64,000 nucleotides of DNA, taken from positions 22,911-86,910 of the forward strand of contig CAYHXX010000003.1 in the NCBI GenBank assembly GCA_964360785.1. The letters are read 5' to 3'. The notes below the pieces were generated by a model. The model made no database searches, was not told where the DNA came from, and saw nothing but the letters and a program-made list of their open reading frames with translations. Of the stretch, positions 18,111 to 29,459 are shown piece by piece; within the stretch, counting starts at the first letter, position 1, and every line of letters begins with the position of its first letter. The DNA comes from an uncultured Gammaproteobacteria bacterium (GTDB lineage: Bacteria; Patescibacteriota; Microgenomatia; Woykebacterales; RBG-16-39-9b). Position numbers and translations under genes: made by a program.

Positions 18111-18983
18111 ATGTATTCAAAAGCCGAACTAAAAAAATATTCAGATGCTGTTGCGACGATAAAGTCCATAACCAGGGTTTATGAGGAAGCAGCTGCTCGT
18201 CGGATCAAACTTATTCAAAACTCCGTCTCCAAAATTGACGAGTTTCTTGGTTCGACAGCAGATTCCTACGTGAACATAAAATTTGGATTGCTGGCTGAGG
18301 AGAAAAATAAAAAAGTCCCTCGGAAAGATATTCTTACACGCAGCTTTCGAGAGAAGACAAAAAAAGGAGTCTTAGTTTTGATATCTTCGCACGAACAGTA
18401 CTTTGGTAACCTGATCCCCAATGTGTATCGAGCCTGGAAAGAAGATTTACTGTCCAGCAACCTTGACGGAATTATCTTTGGAAATACCGGCAAAAGGCTA
18501 CTCGAGAAAGATAACCTCCAAAAGGACAGTATTGTTTGCTACGATCTGGCTGACAGCGATCCTGACTGGGAACTGGTCTACAGAATCGGTGAGAAAGTGG
18601 CCAGCTACGAAAAGATCGTTGTCTACTATGGTAAGTATCGAACTGTTCTGACCCAAACTCCGGAGAAAGCTGATCTGAGTACACCAATGACGGTGGGGCA
18701 GGTACAACAAGTGAAGCGCTATTTGTTTGAAGACCAGGGGGAAAATATCCTCGGTTTTTTTGAAAAAGAAGTAGTCAACGCCCAACTGCAGAAGCGTGTT
18801 TATCAGTCGCAGATCGCACGTTATGCCGCCAGAATCAAGATTTTAGAGATCGGACAAGTAGCAGAGCAGATGAGTAAAGTGCTAGGTGATCTGAGCCGGG
18901 GAAAGCTAAAAGTGCGGAAGAATTTGTCAAATAAGAAACAACTTCAACTATATACAGGACTAGATTTGTGGGGAGACAGTTAG
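18111..18983 (+). CDS. atpG: F-type ATP synthase subunit gamma.
   Basis: 290 aa between alpha and beta. N-terminus ...KSITRVYEEAAARRIKLIQNSV matches the gamma consensus (...ITKAMEMVAASKMRKAQ). Confidence 0.7.
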   Translation: MYSKAELKKYSDAVATIKSITRVYEEAAARRIKLIQNSVSKIDEFLGSTADSYVNIKFGLLAEEKNKKVPRKDILTRSFREKTKKGVLVLISSHEQYFGNLIPNVYRAWKEDLLSSNLDGIIFGNTGKRLLEKDNLQKDSIVCYDLADSDPDWELVYRIGEKVASYEKIVVYYGKYRTVLTQTPEKADLSTPMTVGQVQQVKRYLFEDQGENILGFFEKEVVNAQLQKRVYQSQIARYAARIKILEIGQVAEQMSKVLGDLSRGKLKVRKNLSNKKQLQLYTGLDLWGDS

Positions 18984-19036
18984 TACGACAACACCTACGG
19001 GTTTTAACCAGTTGTTCTTGCGTCTAAGAAGACTAA

Positions 19037-20473
<1,437 letters not shown>

Positions 20474-20480
20474 TGTAGAT

Positions 20481-20509
20481 TTGGCTAAATATGCATTTTC
20501 CACTATAAT
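20481..20509 (+). promoter_or_regulatory. Promoter TTGGCT-17-TATAAT, 8 nt upstream of the ATG of 20518..22740 (leaderless-type).
   Basis: Exact 17-nt spacing. The -10 ends 8 nt before the ATG. Confidence 0.45.
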
Positions 20510-20517
20510 TTAAGTTA

Positions 20518-22740
20518 ATGCCCAGGATAGTCAAAAAAACTCTTGCAAGTTTTGTCCTCGCAATACTTTTTGCAAGTATAGTTCCAATTCAAAACTCAAA
20601 CGCAGTTGTTTCTTCCTGTACTGCCAATATCACTCCAAACCAAGTTGCAAGTGGTTCAACCAACAACTTCTCGCTGACCGTCACCAATACTTCCGGACAA
20701 GTGATCAATTGGGTCAGAATCACCCGTCCCAACAGCAACTTTACCTTGGGAGGTATTATTGCTTCGCTTTGGACGATAGTTGCTACGTCTGACAACTTCA
20801 CACTAACTGGTAGAACGATCAATTCTGGAGCAAGCAAAACTTTTTCCCCGACCAGTGTTGTGGCAGCTAGTACTGACCAGCCAGCCGCCAATTGGTCGGT
20901 GTTAGCCTCCGATAACGCTAGTGGGGCTTCTCCAACTAGTTGTACCGGGACGCTAGGAACCCAGATCGGGAATCCAGATGTGACTGCGCCAACTATTTCG
21001 GGTATAACTGTTTCCAACATAACCGCGGGAGGCGCGAGCATTTCTTGGACGACAAACGAATTATCAGATTCAAAAGTAAACTTTGGAACCTCGATCTCTT
21101 ATGGGCAAAATGTTGCAAGTGCAAGTTTAACAACAAACCATTCACTGAACCTGTCCGGGCTTTCCGCCAACACCGGTTACCATTTCCAAGTTCAAAGCAA
21201 GGACGCGAGTAACAATACCGCCAGCTCATCAGACAACACTTTTCTGACTGCGGCCGTTAGCCCCACTCCAACTCCAACCACCACGGTCACAACCACCACG
21301 ACAACTGAAAAACCAAGTGTAAGTACGGATAGTACTTTACCGATGGTTAGTTTAACCACAAACCTCACAGCAGTTTATAAAGAAACGCCGACAATCCTTG
21401 GATTAGCAAGTGATAATGTAGCGCTACAAAAAATCGAATACTCGATTGACGCAGGCGAGAATTGGTTGCCAGTGGATAAAAGCGTTGGTTTAAATACAAA
21501 AAAAGCTAGTTTTGAGTTCAAACCAGCGGGCTTGCCAGATGGAAACTACGATATTCTCGCTCGTGCTTTTGATACAAGTAACAACGAAGGCCGGGGAGGA
21601 GAGTCGGTTTTGATCATCGACCAGCTGCCACCGATCATTGGGCCGAACGTAGTTTCTTTTGGATCACAAGCAGCTAACGTAGAGAATAACCTAATCTATG
21701 CAGTCATTGGGGTCGACCAACGGATTACTCTAGCCACCATTGGTGGCCCGACAAGTGTGGGCATCAAAGCTGTCTCAAAAGACGAAAGAGCAAAACTTTT
21801 CTCGCTGACCAAAGAATTAGGTAGCAATCTTTGGTCAGGAATTTTAGCCTTCGAAGAACCAGGGGAGTACACACTCGTTGCCACCGCCAAAGATGGTGCT
21901 GGCAACATTGTCTCCCGTGAACTAAACAACGTTTTTGTCAATAAACCTTCTCAGGTGGTTAATGCTGAGGGTAAGGCACTAGAGAATGCTAAAATCGAGG
22001 TAAATTATTTTGATGAGGAGAGTTCCAGTTGGTACCTTTGGGACGCAGCTGCCTTTGGACAGAGCAATCCGCAAACAACCAACGCCAAGGGTGAATTTAA
22101 CTTCTTTTTACCCGCTGGGAAATATTTCCTCAGAGCAGAGTCAGAGGGTTACTATTCGGAAAATAGTGAGATCTTTGTCTTGAAAGAGGGTCTGCCACTC
22201 GCTGCTAGTATCAAACTGGAAAAAAGCTTTGGCATAAAGTTAGCGGACTTTAAGCTTGTTTTCCCGAGAATTAGTTTGGAAGGTTTTAAGGTTGATCTTG
22301 GGAATAAGGTATTGGTTTCTGATCAAGCCTCAAATTTGGTCAACAAAAATTTGCCTGCTTTCACCCTCCAAAATAGTCAGAAAGGGATTTTGAATGAAAG
22401 TTCCTTGTCAGGTAAGAACACTTTGTTGTCATTTGTGGCTACTTGGTCGCCCTGGTCTGAAGAGCAGATCGCCCAGCTAGAGAAATTAGCTGCAAGTGGT
22501 GAAGGTCAAAATATTTTCTTGATTACAACACTAGAGTCTCAGGAAAAGGTAGCTGCCTACAAGAAAATTGGTAACTACGAGGTTGAGTTCTTGGTTGATC
22601 CGACTGGAGGGATCTTGTCCAAGTTTAATATTCTGACAATTCCCTATCATTTAATTGTTGGCGAAGACTTACAAGTCAAAGAAGCCAAAACCGGCGTTTT
22701 TTCAAAAGAGGAATTGCAAGAAGCCTTGGATAAACATTAA
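20518..22740 (+). CDS. Secreted multidomain protein: signal peptide, FN3-like domain, Thr-rich linker, Ig-like and CarboxypepD-reg-like domains, then a C-terminal TlpA/thioredoxin-like domain whose CxxC is replaced by SPWS.
   Basis: N-terminal MPRIVKKTLASFVLAILFASIV signal. FN3-like ISGITVSNITAGGASISWTTNELSDSKVNFGTS...TGYHFQVQSKD. CarbopepD-like AKIEVNYFDEES...GEFNFFLPAGKYFLRAESEGY. TlpA-like LSGKNTLLSFVATWSPWSEEQ. Paralogue of 25595..27853. Confidence 0.7.
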   Translation: MPRIVKKTLASFVLAILFASIVPIQNSNAVVSSCTANITPNQVASGSTNNFSLTVTNTSGQVINWVRITRPNSNFTLGGIIASLWTIVATSDNFTLTGRTINSGASKTFSPTSVVAASTDQPAANWSVLASDNASGASPTSCTGTLGTQIGNPDVTAPTISGITVSNITAGGASISWTTNELSDSKVNFGTSISYGQNVASASLTTNHSLNLSGLSANTGYHFQVQSKDASNNTASSSDNTFLTAAVSPTPTPTTTVTTTTTTEKPSVSTDSTLPMVSLTTNLTAVYKETPTILGLASDNVALQKIEYSIDAGENWLPVDKSVGLNTKKASFEFKPAGLPDGNYDILARAFDTSNNEGRGGESVLIIDQLPPIIGPNVVSFGSQAANVENNLIYAVIGVDQRITLATIGGPTSVGIKAVSKDERAKLFSLTKELGSNLWSGILAFEEPGEYTLVATAKDGAGNIVSRELNNVFVNKPSQVVNAEGKALENAKIEVNYFDEESSSWYLWDAAAFGQSNPQTTNAKGEFNFFLPAGKYFLRAESEGYYSENSEIFVLKEGLPLAASIKLEKSFGIKLADFKLVFPRISLEGFKVDLGNKVLVSDQASNLVNKNLPAFTLQNSQKGILNESSLSGKNTLLSFVATWSPWSEEQIAQLEKLAASGEGQNIFLITTLESQEKVAAYKKIGNYEVEFLVDPTGGILSKFNILTIPYHLIVGEDLQVKEAKTGVFSKEELQEALDKH

Positions 22741-22754
22741 ACTAAATACAAGCT

Positions 22755-24356
22755 ATGCTGCCATTACAGTTTTTCGGTCAAAATATTAATTTCGCCCTTA
22801 ATCTATTTTTTAGTTTAGTTACCTTTGCAACTTTTTGGTTGTATTTTGCCGCTTGGTTGGGTCAAAAAAAGCTGCAAAGCTCATTTAAATGGTTCGCTTT
22901 TCTACTAATTTCAGCTTCGTTCTTGTTTCAAGCGGTTGTTATCGACAAAGAAATATTGGGAGATTCACTTTTTGCTAACTACCCTGAGAATCTTGCTTTA
23001 GTAGTGAGAGCGGTTGGTTACGCTGTCTTGGTTTTTGCCTTGATCAGAGAACCGTTGCAATCACCGCCAATTATTCCAGTTAGTTTACCAAAGCCAAAAC
23101 GAACTCATAAGTTGTTAATGCCGTTTAGTCTGACAATAGTTCCCAAAGTATTACTTCCGGTCGGAGCGTTCGCGGTCGCTTTTCTCTACTTTCGGAAGGC
23201 AACCGATGGGATGGAAAAGCACTTAAGAGCAGTCGCTTTTGCTTTCTTATCCCTGGCTGTTTATGAAGTGCTTGGGCTTTCAAGTCTTTTTCGTGAGACG
23301 ACAAACATCACTATTTCAAATCTAATTGCTCCCTTCGGACCAATCTGGGCTTTGCAACAAGTATTCTTGCTGATTTCCCTTGTGATACTTGGTCGTTGGG
23401 TTTGGGGCTACCTGCTTAAACGTTTGCAAAGCCAGTTATTTATTATTTTTACCAGTACTGTTTTAGTTATTTTTCTAGTTATCAGCATTGGTCTTACTTT
23501 CTTGTTGATTAAAAATATTGAAAAAAGCGCTTTGGACAACTTGGAGACAGCTTCAAAAGTTCTTAACTATAGCTTGGATTCGAAGAAAGCTGAATTGTCA
23601 GCTATTGCAGAGGTTTTTACCCAAAATCCAGAGATCTCAGCAGCAGTATTAGCAAAAGACCACAACAAACTCAATTTGCTCGTTTCCAAATCTCTTGAAA
23701 ACAAGAAAATCTCCTCGCTTGTGATCACGACCAACGCTGCGATGGTACTCTCACGTGCCGAAGACCCGGACAGCTGGGGAGACTCTTTATCGAGTGATGC
23801 CTTAGTTCAAAAGGCAATCTCCGGTAGCAACCAAACTAGTATTGTGACCAAGGTAGGGAATCTTGTACCGGCGGTTTACCTCCAATCGGCCCAACCAATA
23901 CTAAAGGACTCTGCTGTGGTCGGTACTGTTTTGGTAGGTTTGGCGATCTCAAACAATTTCCTTGATGGTATAAAAACCTCAACTGGCTTGGATAGCGCTA
24001 TTTACGCTGCGAATACCAGAACGGCGACGACCATCCTTGCTCCCGATAAGAAAAGCCGTTGGGTTGGAATCAAAGAGGAAAATTCGCAAATCAAAAAAGA
24101 GGTCTTAGAAAAAGGGCAGACCTTTAAAGGTAGTTCTAGCTTGGTCAACAGACCCTTTCTGGTGGTCTACAAACCACTCAAAAATGTTAACAATGAGATT
24201 GTTGGGATGATTTTTACGGGACAGCCTGAAGTTTCTATTTTGCTTGCAGCCGGAAGATCAATTGAGTTGGTGTTTATTTTAGCCGCTGTTCTTCTGATTA
24301 TTTCCCTGGTTCCAAGCTATCTAATTTCAAAATATATCGCTTATCAATTAAGCTAA
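22755..24356 (+). CDS. Membrane sensor-like protein: N-terminal multi-TM region, an extracytoplasmic Cache/PDC-like domain of about 270 aa bracketed by TM helices, and no cytoplasmic output domain.
   Basis: Hydrophobic N-terminus. The sensor-like region ...WGDSLSSDALVQKAISGSNQTSIV...VNNEIVGMIFTGQPEVSILLAAG is followed by a terminal TM and a stop. Paralogue of 27857..29455. Confidence 0.55.
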   Translation: MLPLQFFGQNINFALNLFFSLVTFATFWLYFAAWLGQKKLQSSFKWFAFLLISASFLFQAVVIDKEILGDSLFANYPENLALVVRAVGYAVLVFALIREPLQSPPIIPVSLPKPKRTHKLLMPFSLTIVPKVLLPVGAFAVAFLYFRKATDGMEKHLRAVAFAFLSLAVYEVLGLSSLFRETTNITISNLIAPFGPIWALQQVFLLISLVILGRWVWGYLLKRLQSQLFIIFTSTVLVIFLVISIGLTFLLIKNIEKSALDNLETASKVLNYSLDSKKAELSAIAEVFTQNPEISAAVLAKDHNKLNLLVSKSLENKKISSLVITTNAAMVLSRAEDPDSWGDSLSSDALVQKAISGSNQTSIVTKVGNLVPAVYLQSAQPILKDSAVVGTVLVGLAISNNFLDGIKTSTGLDSAIYAANTRTATTILAPDKKSRWVGIKEENSQIKKEVLEKGQTFKGSSSLVNRPFLVVYKPLKNVNNEIVGMIFTGQPEVSILLAAGRSIELVFILAAVLLIISLVPSYLISKYIAYQLS

Positions 24357-24357
24357 T

Positions 24358-24386
24358 TTGAAAGCAGTCGAGTATCGAGTTATAAT
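24358..24386 (+). promoter_or_regulatory. Promoter TTGAAA-17-TATAAT, 6 nt upstream of the receiver ATG at 24393 (leaderless-type).
   Basis: Exact consensus -10 and 5/6 -35. Confidence 0.5.
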
Positions 24387-24392
24387 TTGAGC

Positions 24393-24767
24393 ATGGCGAA
24401 AATACTTATAGTCGAAGATGACGAACTAATCTCAGGAATGTATCAGAGTATTTTTACTTTTGATAAGCATGAAGTCGCGATTGCCAGTGATGGGGAAGAA
24501 GCCCTGGCTAAGATTGGCGGGTTCAAACCAGACTTGGTTCTTCTTGATATCATGATGCCAAAGATGAACGGTCTACAGGTTCTAGATAAGATCAAAGCTG
24601 ATCCTGAAACAAAGGCTATTCCCGTGGTGATGCTGACCAATCTTGATGCCAAGCAGGATGCGGAAACTGCCCTAGCAAAAGGGGCTATAAAATATATCGT
24701 CAAGAGTAACTATAATCCCAAACAAATTAGTGACATGGTAAAGGATATCTTGGCTGAAGTTTCTTAA
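24393..24767 (+). CDS. Stand-alone response-regulator receiver domain (CheY-like).
   Basis: MAKILIVEDDELISGMYQ...LLDIMMPKMNGLQVLDKIK...PVVMLTNL...KYIVKS. The ATG at 24393 is preferred over the track's TTG at 24387. Same N-terminus as the paralogue at 32958. Confidence 0.8.
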   Translation: MAKILIVEDDELISGMYQSIFTFDKHEVAIASDGEEALAKIGGFKPDLVLLDIMMPKMNGLQVLDKIKADPETKAIPVVMLTNLDAKQDAETALAKGAIKYIVKSNYNPKQISDMVKDILAEVS

Positions 24768-24771
24768 TTAG

Positions 24772-25107
24772 GTGTTTACCCAAACTTTTCTTATGGATAT
24801 TGATGTCAGCAAACTGCCTACAACCTCAGCATACAAAGTCGATCGACTTTTTGTGACGGTTTATTCACTCGGCGCGCTGCAAAAACCGCCTTTCCAAGGC
24901 TTTGTCAAAAGTATCAGTTCGGTGGATACAAAAGGCCCGTTTGATATCCTACCCGTACATGAGAATTTTATTACACAATTTTCAAAAAAACTCGAAATTT
25001 TACCAGAGACAGGGGACAAGATTAGCTTTGAACAACCAACTGGCGTGATTGAAGTTGCCAACAATGTTGTCAAAATTTTTTTAAAAAAGAAAGAAACAAA
25101 GTCTTAG
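24772..25107 (+). CDS. atpC: F-ATPase epsilon-subunit-like protein (N-terminal beta-sandwich only). Possible alternative start at ATG 24793.
   Basis: ...TKGPFDILPVHENFITQF...PTGVIEVANNVVKIF aligns to epsilon GELGILPGHAPLLT...GGILEVQPNKVTIL. 111 aa, lacking the C-terminal helical hairpin. Confidence 0.45.
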   Translation: MFTQTFLMDIDVSKLPTTSAYKVDRLFVTVYSLGALQKPPFQGFVKSISSVDTKGPFDILPVHENFITQFSKKLEILPETGDKISFEQPTGVIEVANNVVKIFLKKKETKS

Positions 25108-25122
25108 TTTGAGGAGAACACT

Positions 25123-25494
25123 ATGAAAAAAATATTGATTGTTGAAGATGACATAAACTTACTCAATCTTTATAAAGAAGTATTGACGAGGGAAGGGTAT
25201 GAATTAAAGTTAGCTGAGGATGGAGGTGAGGCGTTGCAAATAGCTGCCAGTTTCCAACCTGATATCGTTCTCTTGGACCTGATGCTGCCATACGTGGATG
25301 GGTTTAAGGTTCTTGAAGAGCTAAAATCCAATCCGAAGACAGAGCACTGTTTTGTCATTGTCCAGACCAATCTTGACTCAGAAATGCAGCGACAAAAAGC
25401 CAAGAATCTCGGTGCCAATGAATTCTTGGTTAAATCCGAGAGTGATCCCGGAAGTTTGATCGAAGATATCAAACACCTTCTCGCCACACACTAA
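25123..25494 (+). CDS. Stand-alone response-regulator receiver domain.
   Basis: MKKILIVEDDINLLNLYKE...VLLDLMLPYVDGFKVLEELK...VIVQTNL. SD GAGGAG 6 nt upstream. Confidence 0.8.
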   Translation: MKKILIVEDDINLLNLYKEVLTREGYELKLAEDGGEALQIAASFQPDIVLLDLMLPYVDGFKVLEELKSNPKTEHCFVIVQTNLDSEMQRQKAKNLGANEFLVKSESDPGSLIEDIKHLLATH

Positions 25495-25503
25495 AAATCC
25501 TAT

Positions 25504-25524
25504 TGACAAGGCCCGTCCTTGTTA
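25504..25524. repeat. REP-like palindrome TTGACAAGG-CCCGT-CCTTGTT.
   Basis: Intergenic, after the receiver at 25123..25494. Confidence 0.7.
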
Positions 25525-25558
25525 CTATAGAAGGGCGTTTTATTTTCTGGTTTTGAGT

Positions 25559-25587
25559 TTGACCAGAAGCTAGTTTTTCAATAGAAT
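25559..25587 (+). promoter_or_regulatory. Promoter TTGACC-17-TAGAAT, 7 nt upstream of the ATG of 25595..27853.
   Basis: 5/6 and 5/6 matches with 17-nt spacing. Confidence 0.45.
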
Positions 25588-25594
25588 AGAAGTA

Positions 25595-27853
25595 ATGCCC
25601 AAGTTTGTTAAAAAACTAGTTTCAGTAGCTATCATTGCCGGAATTTCTTTTCAGTTTGTTCCAACCACCGAAGTAAAAGCAATAATTTCCTCATGTTCTG
25701 CTAGTGTTGTCCAGCATTCCGCTTACATTAACAGCAGCGTCGATTTTTCAATTCAAATCACAAACACTGCTCAGGAAGATATTAGTTGGATTAGGATCCA
25801 AAACCCTTCTTCAGGGGACTTCACGATTCAGGGCAGCAGTGTTTCCGGTTGGGATGCTAGTGGGGATGCAGTTAACCAGACCTTAACCGCAGGAAGTCTA
25901 CCTAGCGGTCAGTCTCTAAACGTTGTTGTGACAGCAACAACTGGTAGTCAACCGCGACCTTCCGCCGATTGGTTTGTCGAAGTTTCCGATGATGGTGGGG
26001 GAAGTAATCCATTTGCTTGCCCCGGTAATTTAGGAACAGAGATAATTGATCCTGCGGACCAGCCGGTGATTAGTAATATTTCTGTATCTAGTATTACTAC
26101 CAGCTCGGCTATTATTTCATGGGATACAAATGAATTGGCCAACGGAGCGGTAAACTATGGTTTCACCTCGAGCTACGGTTCAAATCAAAACAACCCCAAC
26201 CTCACAACTGCCCATTCGTTTACCTTAGAAAATTTATCGCCAAACGCCACGTACCACTTTAAAGTGCTAAGTGCTGATGTGTTCGGGACAAGCAGTCAAT
26301 CAGGGGACAATACTTTTCTGACACCGGCTGCCAGTCAGTCCGGACAATCAAGCAGTTCGGGTCCTAGCAGCAGCACTTCTACCGGCGAAAGTATTTTAAA
26401 AGAGTTAAAGCTAAAAGCCACAGAAAAAATCCCACCGACAATGACAATTTCAACTGATTTTTCCAAACCTTTTACAGCTGCCCCAACAATAGTTGGTACA
26501 GCTAGCGACAACGAGGCGATTTACTTAGTCGAATATTCAACTGACAATGGTAAAAATTGGCTCCCGGTCAATAATTTGGTCGGACAAGGTCAAAAGCAGG
26601 CAAGTTTTGATTTTACACCAATAAATCTTGACGATGGGAATTATAAAATCGTCGCTCGGGCAACTGACACTTCTGGTAATCAGGCTAGTTCACAAACCTA
26701 CACTTTGGTAATCGATCGCCTACCGCCAACAGTTGGCGCAGGTGTAATTTCTATTGGACCGCAAGTCCTGAAGCCAGATAGTGATGGGGTTGTCACTACC
26801 GTTGCTGGTCTTGATCAAAAAGTAACCTTAGCTTCAGTTGGTGGGGCAACCCAAGTCACTATTCGTTCAGTTGACACGAATGTGAAGTCTGGTGCCAACA
26901 GCCAAGTTTTTGCTCTTTCCCGCTCTAGCCAAACTGGTCTTTGGTCAGGGATTCTCAGTTTTTCCAAAGAGGGTTTAAATACTCTTTCGGTCGAAGCGCT
27001 TGATGGTGCCGGCAACAAGACCAAGCGGGACTTTGGCAATATCCAGGTACTGTCCGGTGGCCAAATAACCGAGAAAGATTCCAAAAAACCAATAACTCAA
27101 GCCAAAATCACCCTGTATTATCTTGAGACAGAGTCAAATTCTTGGGTGGTTTGGGATGGGTCTTCTTACGGTCAGAAAAATCCACAGCAAACAAGTAAAG
27201 ATGGTCAATTTAGGTTTTTTGCGCCAGCCGGCAAATATTACCTACAGATCTCGGCATCCGGTTACAAGACCGTCATCAGTAAAATTTTTGCCGTGGACCA
27301 AACAGTCCCCTTAGCCCAAAGTATTTCTCTAGAGAAAGCTACCAAAATTGGTTTTGACCCTCTTTCCTTTACCTTGCCGTCTTTGACACTCGGAAAAATT
27401 GAGATAGTCCCGAGCCAGAAAAAAGTTGACTTAGCTAAAACTGCGAGCTCTTTGGTAGACAAATCCTTGCCGAGTTTCAACCTTGAAAAAACCAGCGGGG
27501 GGACGACCAATCATGTCCAACTCTCCGGTAAGCCAACTCTCCTTAGTTTTGTTTCAACCTGGTCACCAGCGTCCCAAGAGCAGTTTCAGGTCTTGGACAA
27601 ATTACAAAACAACCAAGATTTGAATATTTCACCAGTTGTAGTAATGGAATCAACGGCAAAACTTGTCTCTTACAAAGCAATCTCGAAGTTAGAGTTGGAT
27701 TTTTTAGTTGATCCCGATGGTACAACCGTAAGTTCTTTTGGCTACCAAAGCCTACCCACGCACTATTTTGTCAACCGAAAGGGTATTATCAAAAAGATTA
27801 CGATCGGAGTATTATCAGAGAAAGAGATTTTGGATAATCTCGGAGCTTTGTAA
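25595..27853 (+). CDS. Secreted multidomain protein, paralogue of 20518..22740 (FN3-like, CarbopepD-reg-like, Cys-less TlpA-like with SPAS).
   Basis: MPKFVKKLVSVAIIAGISF signal. ISNISVSSITTSSAIISWDTNELANGAVNYG...YHFKVLSAD. GQFRFFAPAGKYYLQISASGY. LLSFVSTWSPASQEQF. Same domain order as 20518..22740. Confidence 0.7.
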   Translation: MPKFVKKLVSVAIIAGISFQFVPTTEVKAIISSCSASVVQHSAYINSSVDFSIQITNTAQEDISWIRIQNPSSGDFTIQGSSVSGWDASGDAVNQTLTAGSLPSGQSLNVVVTATTGSQPRPSADWFVEVSDDGGGSNPFACPGNLGTEIIDPADQPVISNISVSSITTSSAIISWDTNELANGAVNYGFTSSYGSNQNNPNLTTAHSFTLENLSPNATYHFKVLSADVFGTSSQSGDNTFLTPAASQSGQSSSSGPSSSTSTGESILKELKLKATEKIPPTMTISTDFSKPFTAAPTIVGTASDNEAIYLVEYSTDNGKNWLPVNNLVGQGQKQASFDFTPINLDDGNYKIVARATDTSGNQASSQTYTLVIDRLPPTVGAGVISIGPQVLKPDSDGVVTTVAGLDQKVTLASVGGATQVTIRSVDTNVKSGANSQVFALSRSSQTGLWSGILSFSKEGLNTLSVEALDGAGNKTKRDFGNIQVLSGGQITEKDSKKPITQAKITLYYLETESNSWVVWDGSSYGQKNPQQTSKDGQFRFFAPAGKYYLQISASGYKTVISKIFAVDQTVPLAQSISLEKATKIGFDPLSFTLPSLTLGKIEIVPSQKKVDLAKTASSLVDKSLPSFNLEKTSGGTTNHVQLSGKPTLLSFVSTWSPASQEQFQVLDKLQNNQDLNISPVVVMESTAKLVSYKAISKLELDFLVDPDGTTVSSFGYQSLPTHYFVNRKGIIKKITIGVLSEKEILDNLGAL

Positions 27854-27856
27854 GAT

Positions 27857-29455
27857 ATGCTGCCCATTGCTTTTATCAGTCAAAACCTACACTTTGCCAT
27901 CCAACTCTTTGCAGCCTTGGTCTGCTTTGCTGTCTTCTGGCTGTATTTTGATGCTTGGCTCGCCCGAAAACAGAAGAAAGAAACTCTGCTTTGGGTAGGT
28001 TTTTTGCTACTTTGTGTTTCCTTTATTATCCACGCGACGGTAATCGAACAAGCTGTTCTGGGTAATTCTTTTCTCGGTGATATTACTGAGGGGTTATCGG
28101 GTGTAATTAGACTTTTTGGTTACCTCTTAATTATTTTTGGCCAGCTCAGAGACCCGCTACAGAGCGTTCCTAAAACTGAAGGAGTCAAACTAGAAAAAGC
28201 CCCTGCTATAGTTGGCCTGGGTTTTGTTAGCAATTGTTTAGTGTTTCTGCTACCCGTTGGTAGTGCGCTTTGCGGCTTACTTTACTACAGGCGGGCAACT
28301 ACTGGGTTGGAAAGGCATTTGCGAAAAGTAGCTTTAGCCTTTTTTGGTTTGGGGGTTTTTGAGCTACTGTCTTTATCGAAGTTCTTACAAACCTCCGACA
28401 ACCCTTTTTTATATAGCCTGTCCTCAAGTTTTGGTGCGATTTGGTATTTGGAGCACGCCGTTTTAGTTGTCAGCATGGTTTTCCTTGGTTTATGGGTTTG
28501 GCAATATTTAATTACGCGTTTGCAGAGTCAATTATTTATGATCTTCACTGGTACAATTCTGGCTATTTTTCTACTGACGACAATTAGTTTTACCTTTCTT
28601 TTGATCAACAATATTCAAAACGAGTCGTTGAGCAACCTGGCGACTGCCACCAATGTTTTAAATTACTCACTTAATTCCAAGAAAGATGAAACCCTCTCGA
28701 CCACCGAGAGCTTGGCAGGCAATCCGGATTTTGTTTCTGCAGTGCTTGCCAAGGATCACAAAAAACTCAACCTTCTCGGTCAAGGAGTTCTCGAAGACAA
28801 GAAGAAATCTTCAATTGTTGTCACTGATGATTCTGGTTTGGTGTTGTCTCGGGCCGAGGAGCCTGATCGTTGGGGTGATTCGTTGTCAGACGACCCGTTG
28901 ATAAGAAGATCTTTAGTTGGGTTGGAAGGAAACAGTATATCAACTAAAGAAGGCATTCTCGCACCCTTAATCTATATCAAATCAGCTGTTGCGATGCGGG
29001 ATCAGAACAAAAACATTATTGGCAGTTTGACAGTTGGTATTTTGGTTGATAATGCCTTTCTTGACGGTGTAAAAGCTGCAACCGGTCTGGATAGTGCTGT
29101 TTATGCTGGCAATACACGCGCTGCCACCACCTTTCTGGCAGAGGATGGCAAGTCGCGGTGGGTCGGAGTTAAAGAAGAAAGCTCGGAAATCAAGAACCAA
29201 GTTCTAAAAAAAGGTAGTACCTTCAAAGGTAGTGTTTCGGTTCTCAACAGACCCTTTATCGGCGCTTACAGTCCGCTGCGGGACGTTAACAACGAGATTG
29301 TGGGAATGATCTTTATTGGTAAACCCCAAAGCTCGATCTTGTTGGCGGCTGGCAAAAGTATTGAGCTGACGTTTCTAGTGGCAGTAGCCTTGATCTCACT
29401 CTCGATAATTCCGTCTTTCTTTGTATCACGTTACCTGAGTAGGCAGCTATCTTAA
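27857..29455 (+). CDS. Membrane Cache/PDC-like sensor protein without an output domain, paralogue of 22755..24356.
   Basis: MLPIAFISQNLHFAIQLFAALVCFAVFWLYF... . Conserved ...WGDSLSDDPLIRRSLVG...VNNEIVGMIFIGKPQSSILLAAGKSIEL..., then a terminal TM. Confidence 0.55.
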   Translation: MLPIAFISQNLHFAIQLFAALVCFAVFWLYFDAWLARKQKKETLLWVGFLLLCVSFIIHATVIEQAVLGNSFLGDITEGLSGVIRLFGYLLIIFGQLRDPLQSVPKTEGVKLEKAPAIVGLGFVSNCLVFLLPVGSALCGLLYYRRATTGLERHLRKVALAFFGLGVFELLSLSKFLQTSDNPFLYSLSSSFGAIWYLEHAVLVVSMVFLGLWVWQYLITRLQSQLFMIFTGTILAIFLLTTISFTFLLINNIQNESLSNLATATNVLNYSLNSKKDETLSTTESLAGNPDFVSAVLAKDHKKLNLLGQGVLEDKKKSSIVVTDDSGLVLSRAEEPDRWGDSLSDDPLIRRSLVGLEGNSISTKEGILAPLIYIKSAVAMRDQNKNIIGSLTVGILVDNAFLDGVKAATGLDSAVYAGNTRAATTFLAEDGKSRWVGVKEESSEIKNQVLKKGSTFKGSVSVLNRPFIGAYSPLRDVNNEIVGMIFIGKPQSSILLAAGKSIELTFLVAVALISLSIIPSFFVSRYLSRQLS

Positions 29456-29459
29456 AGCT

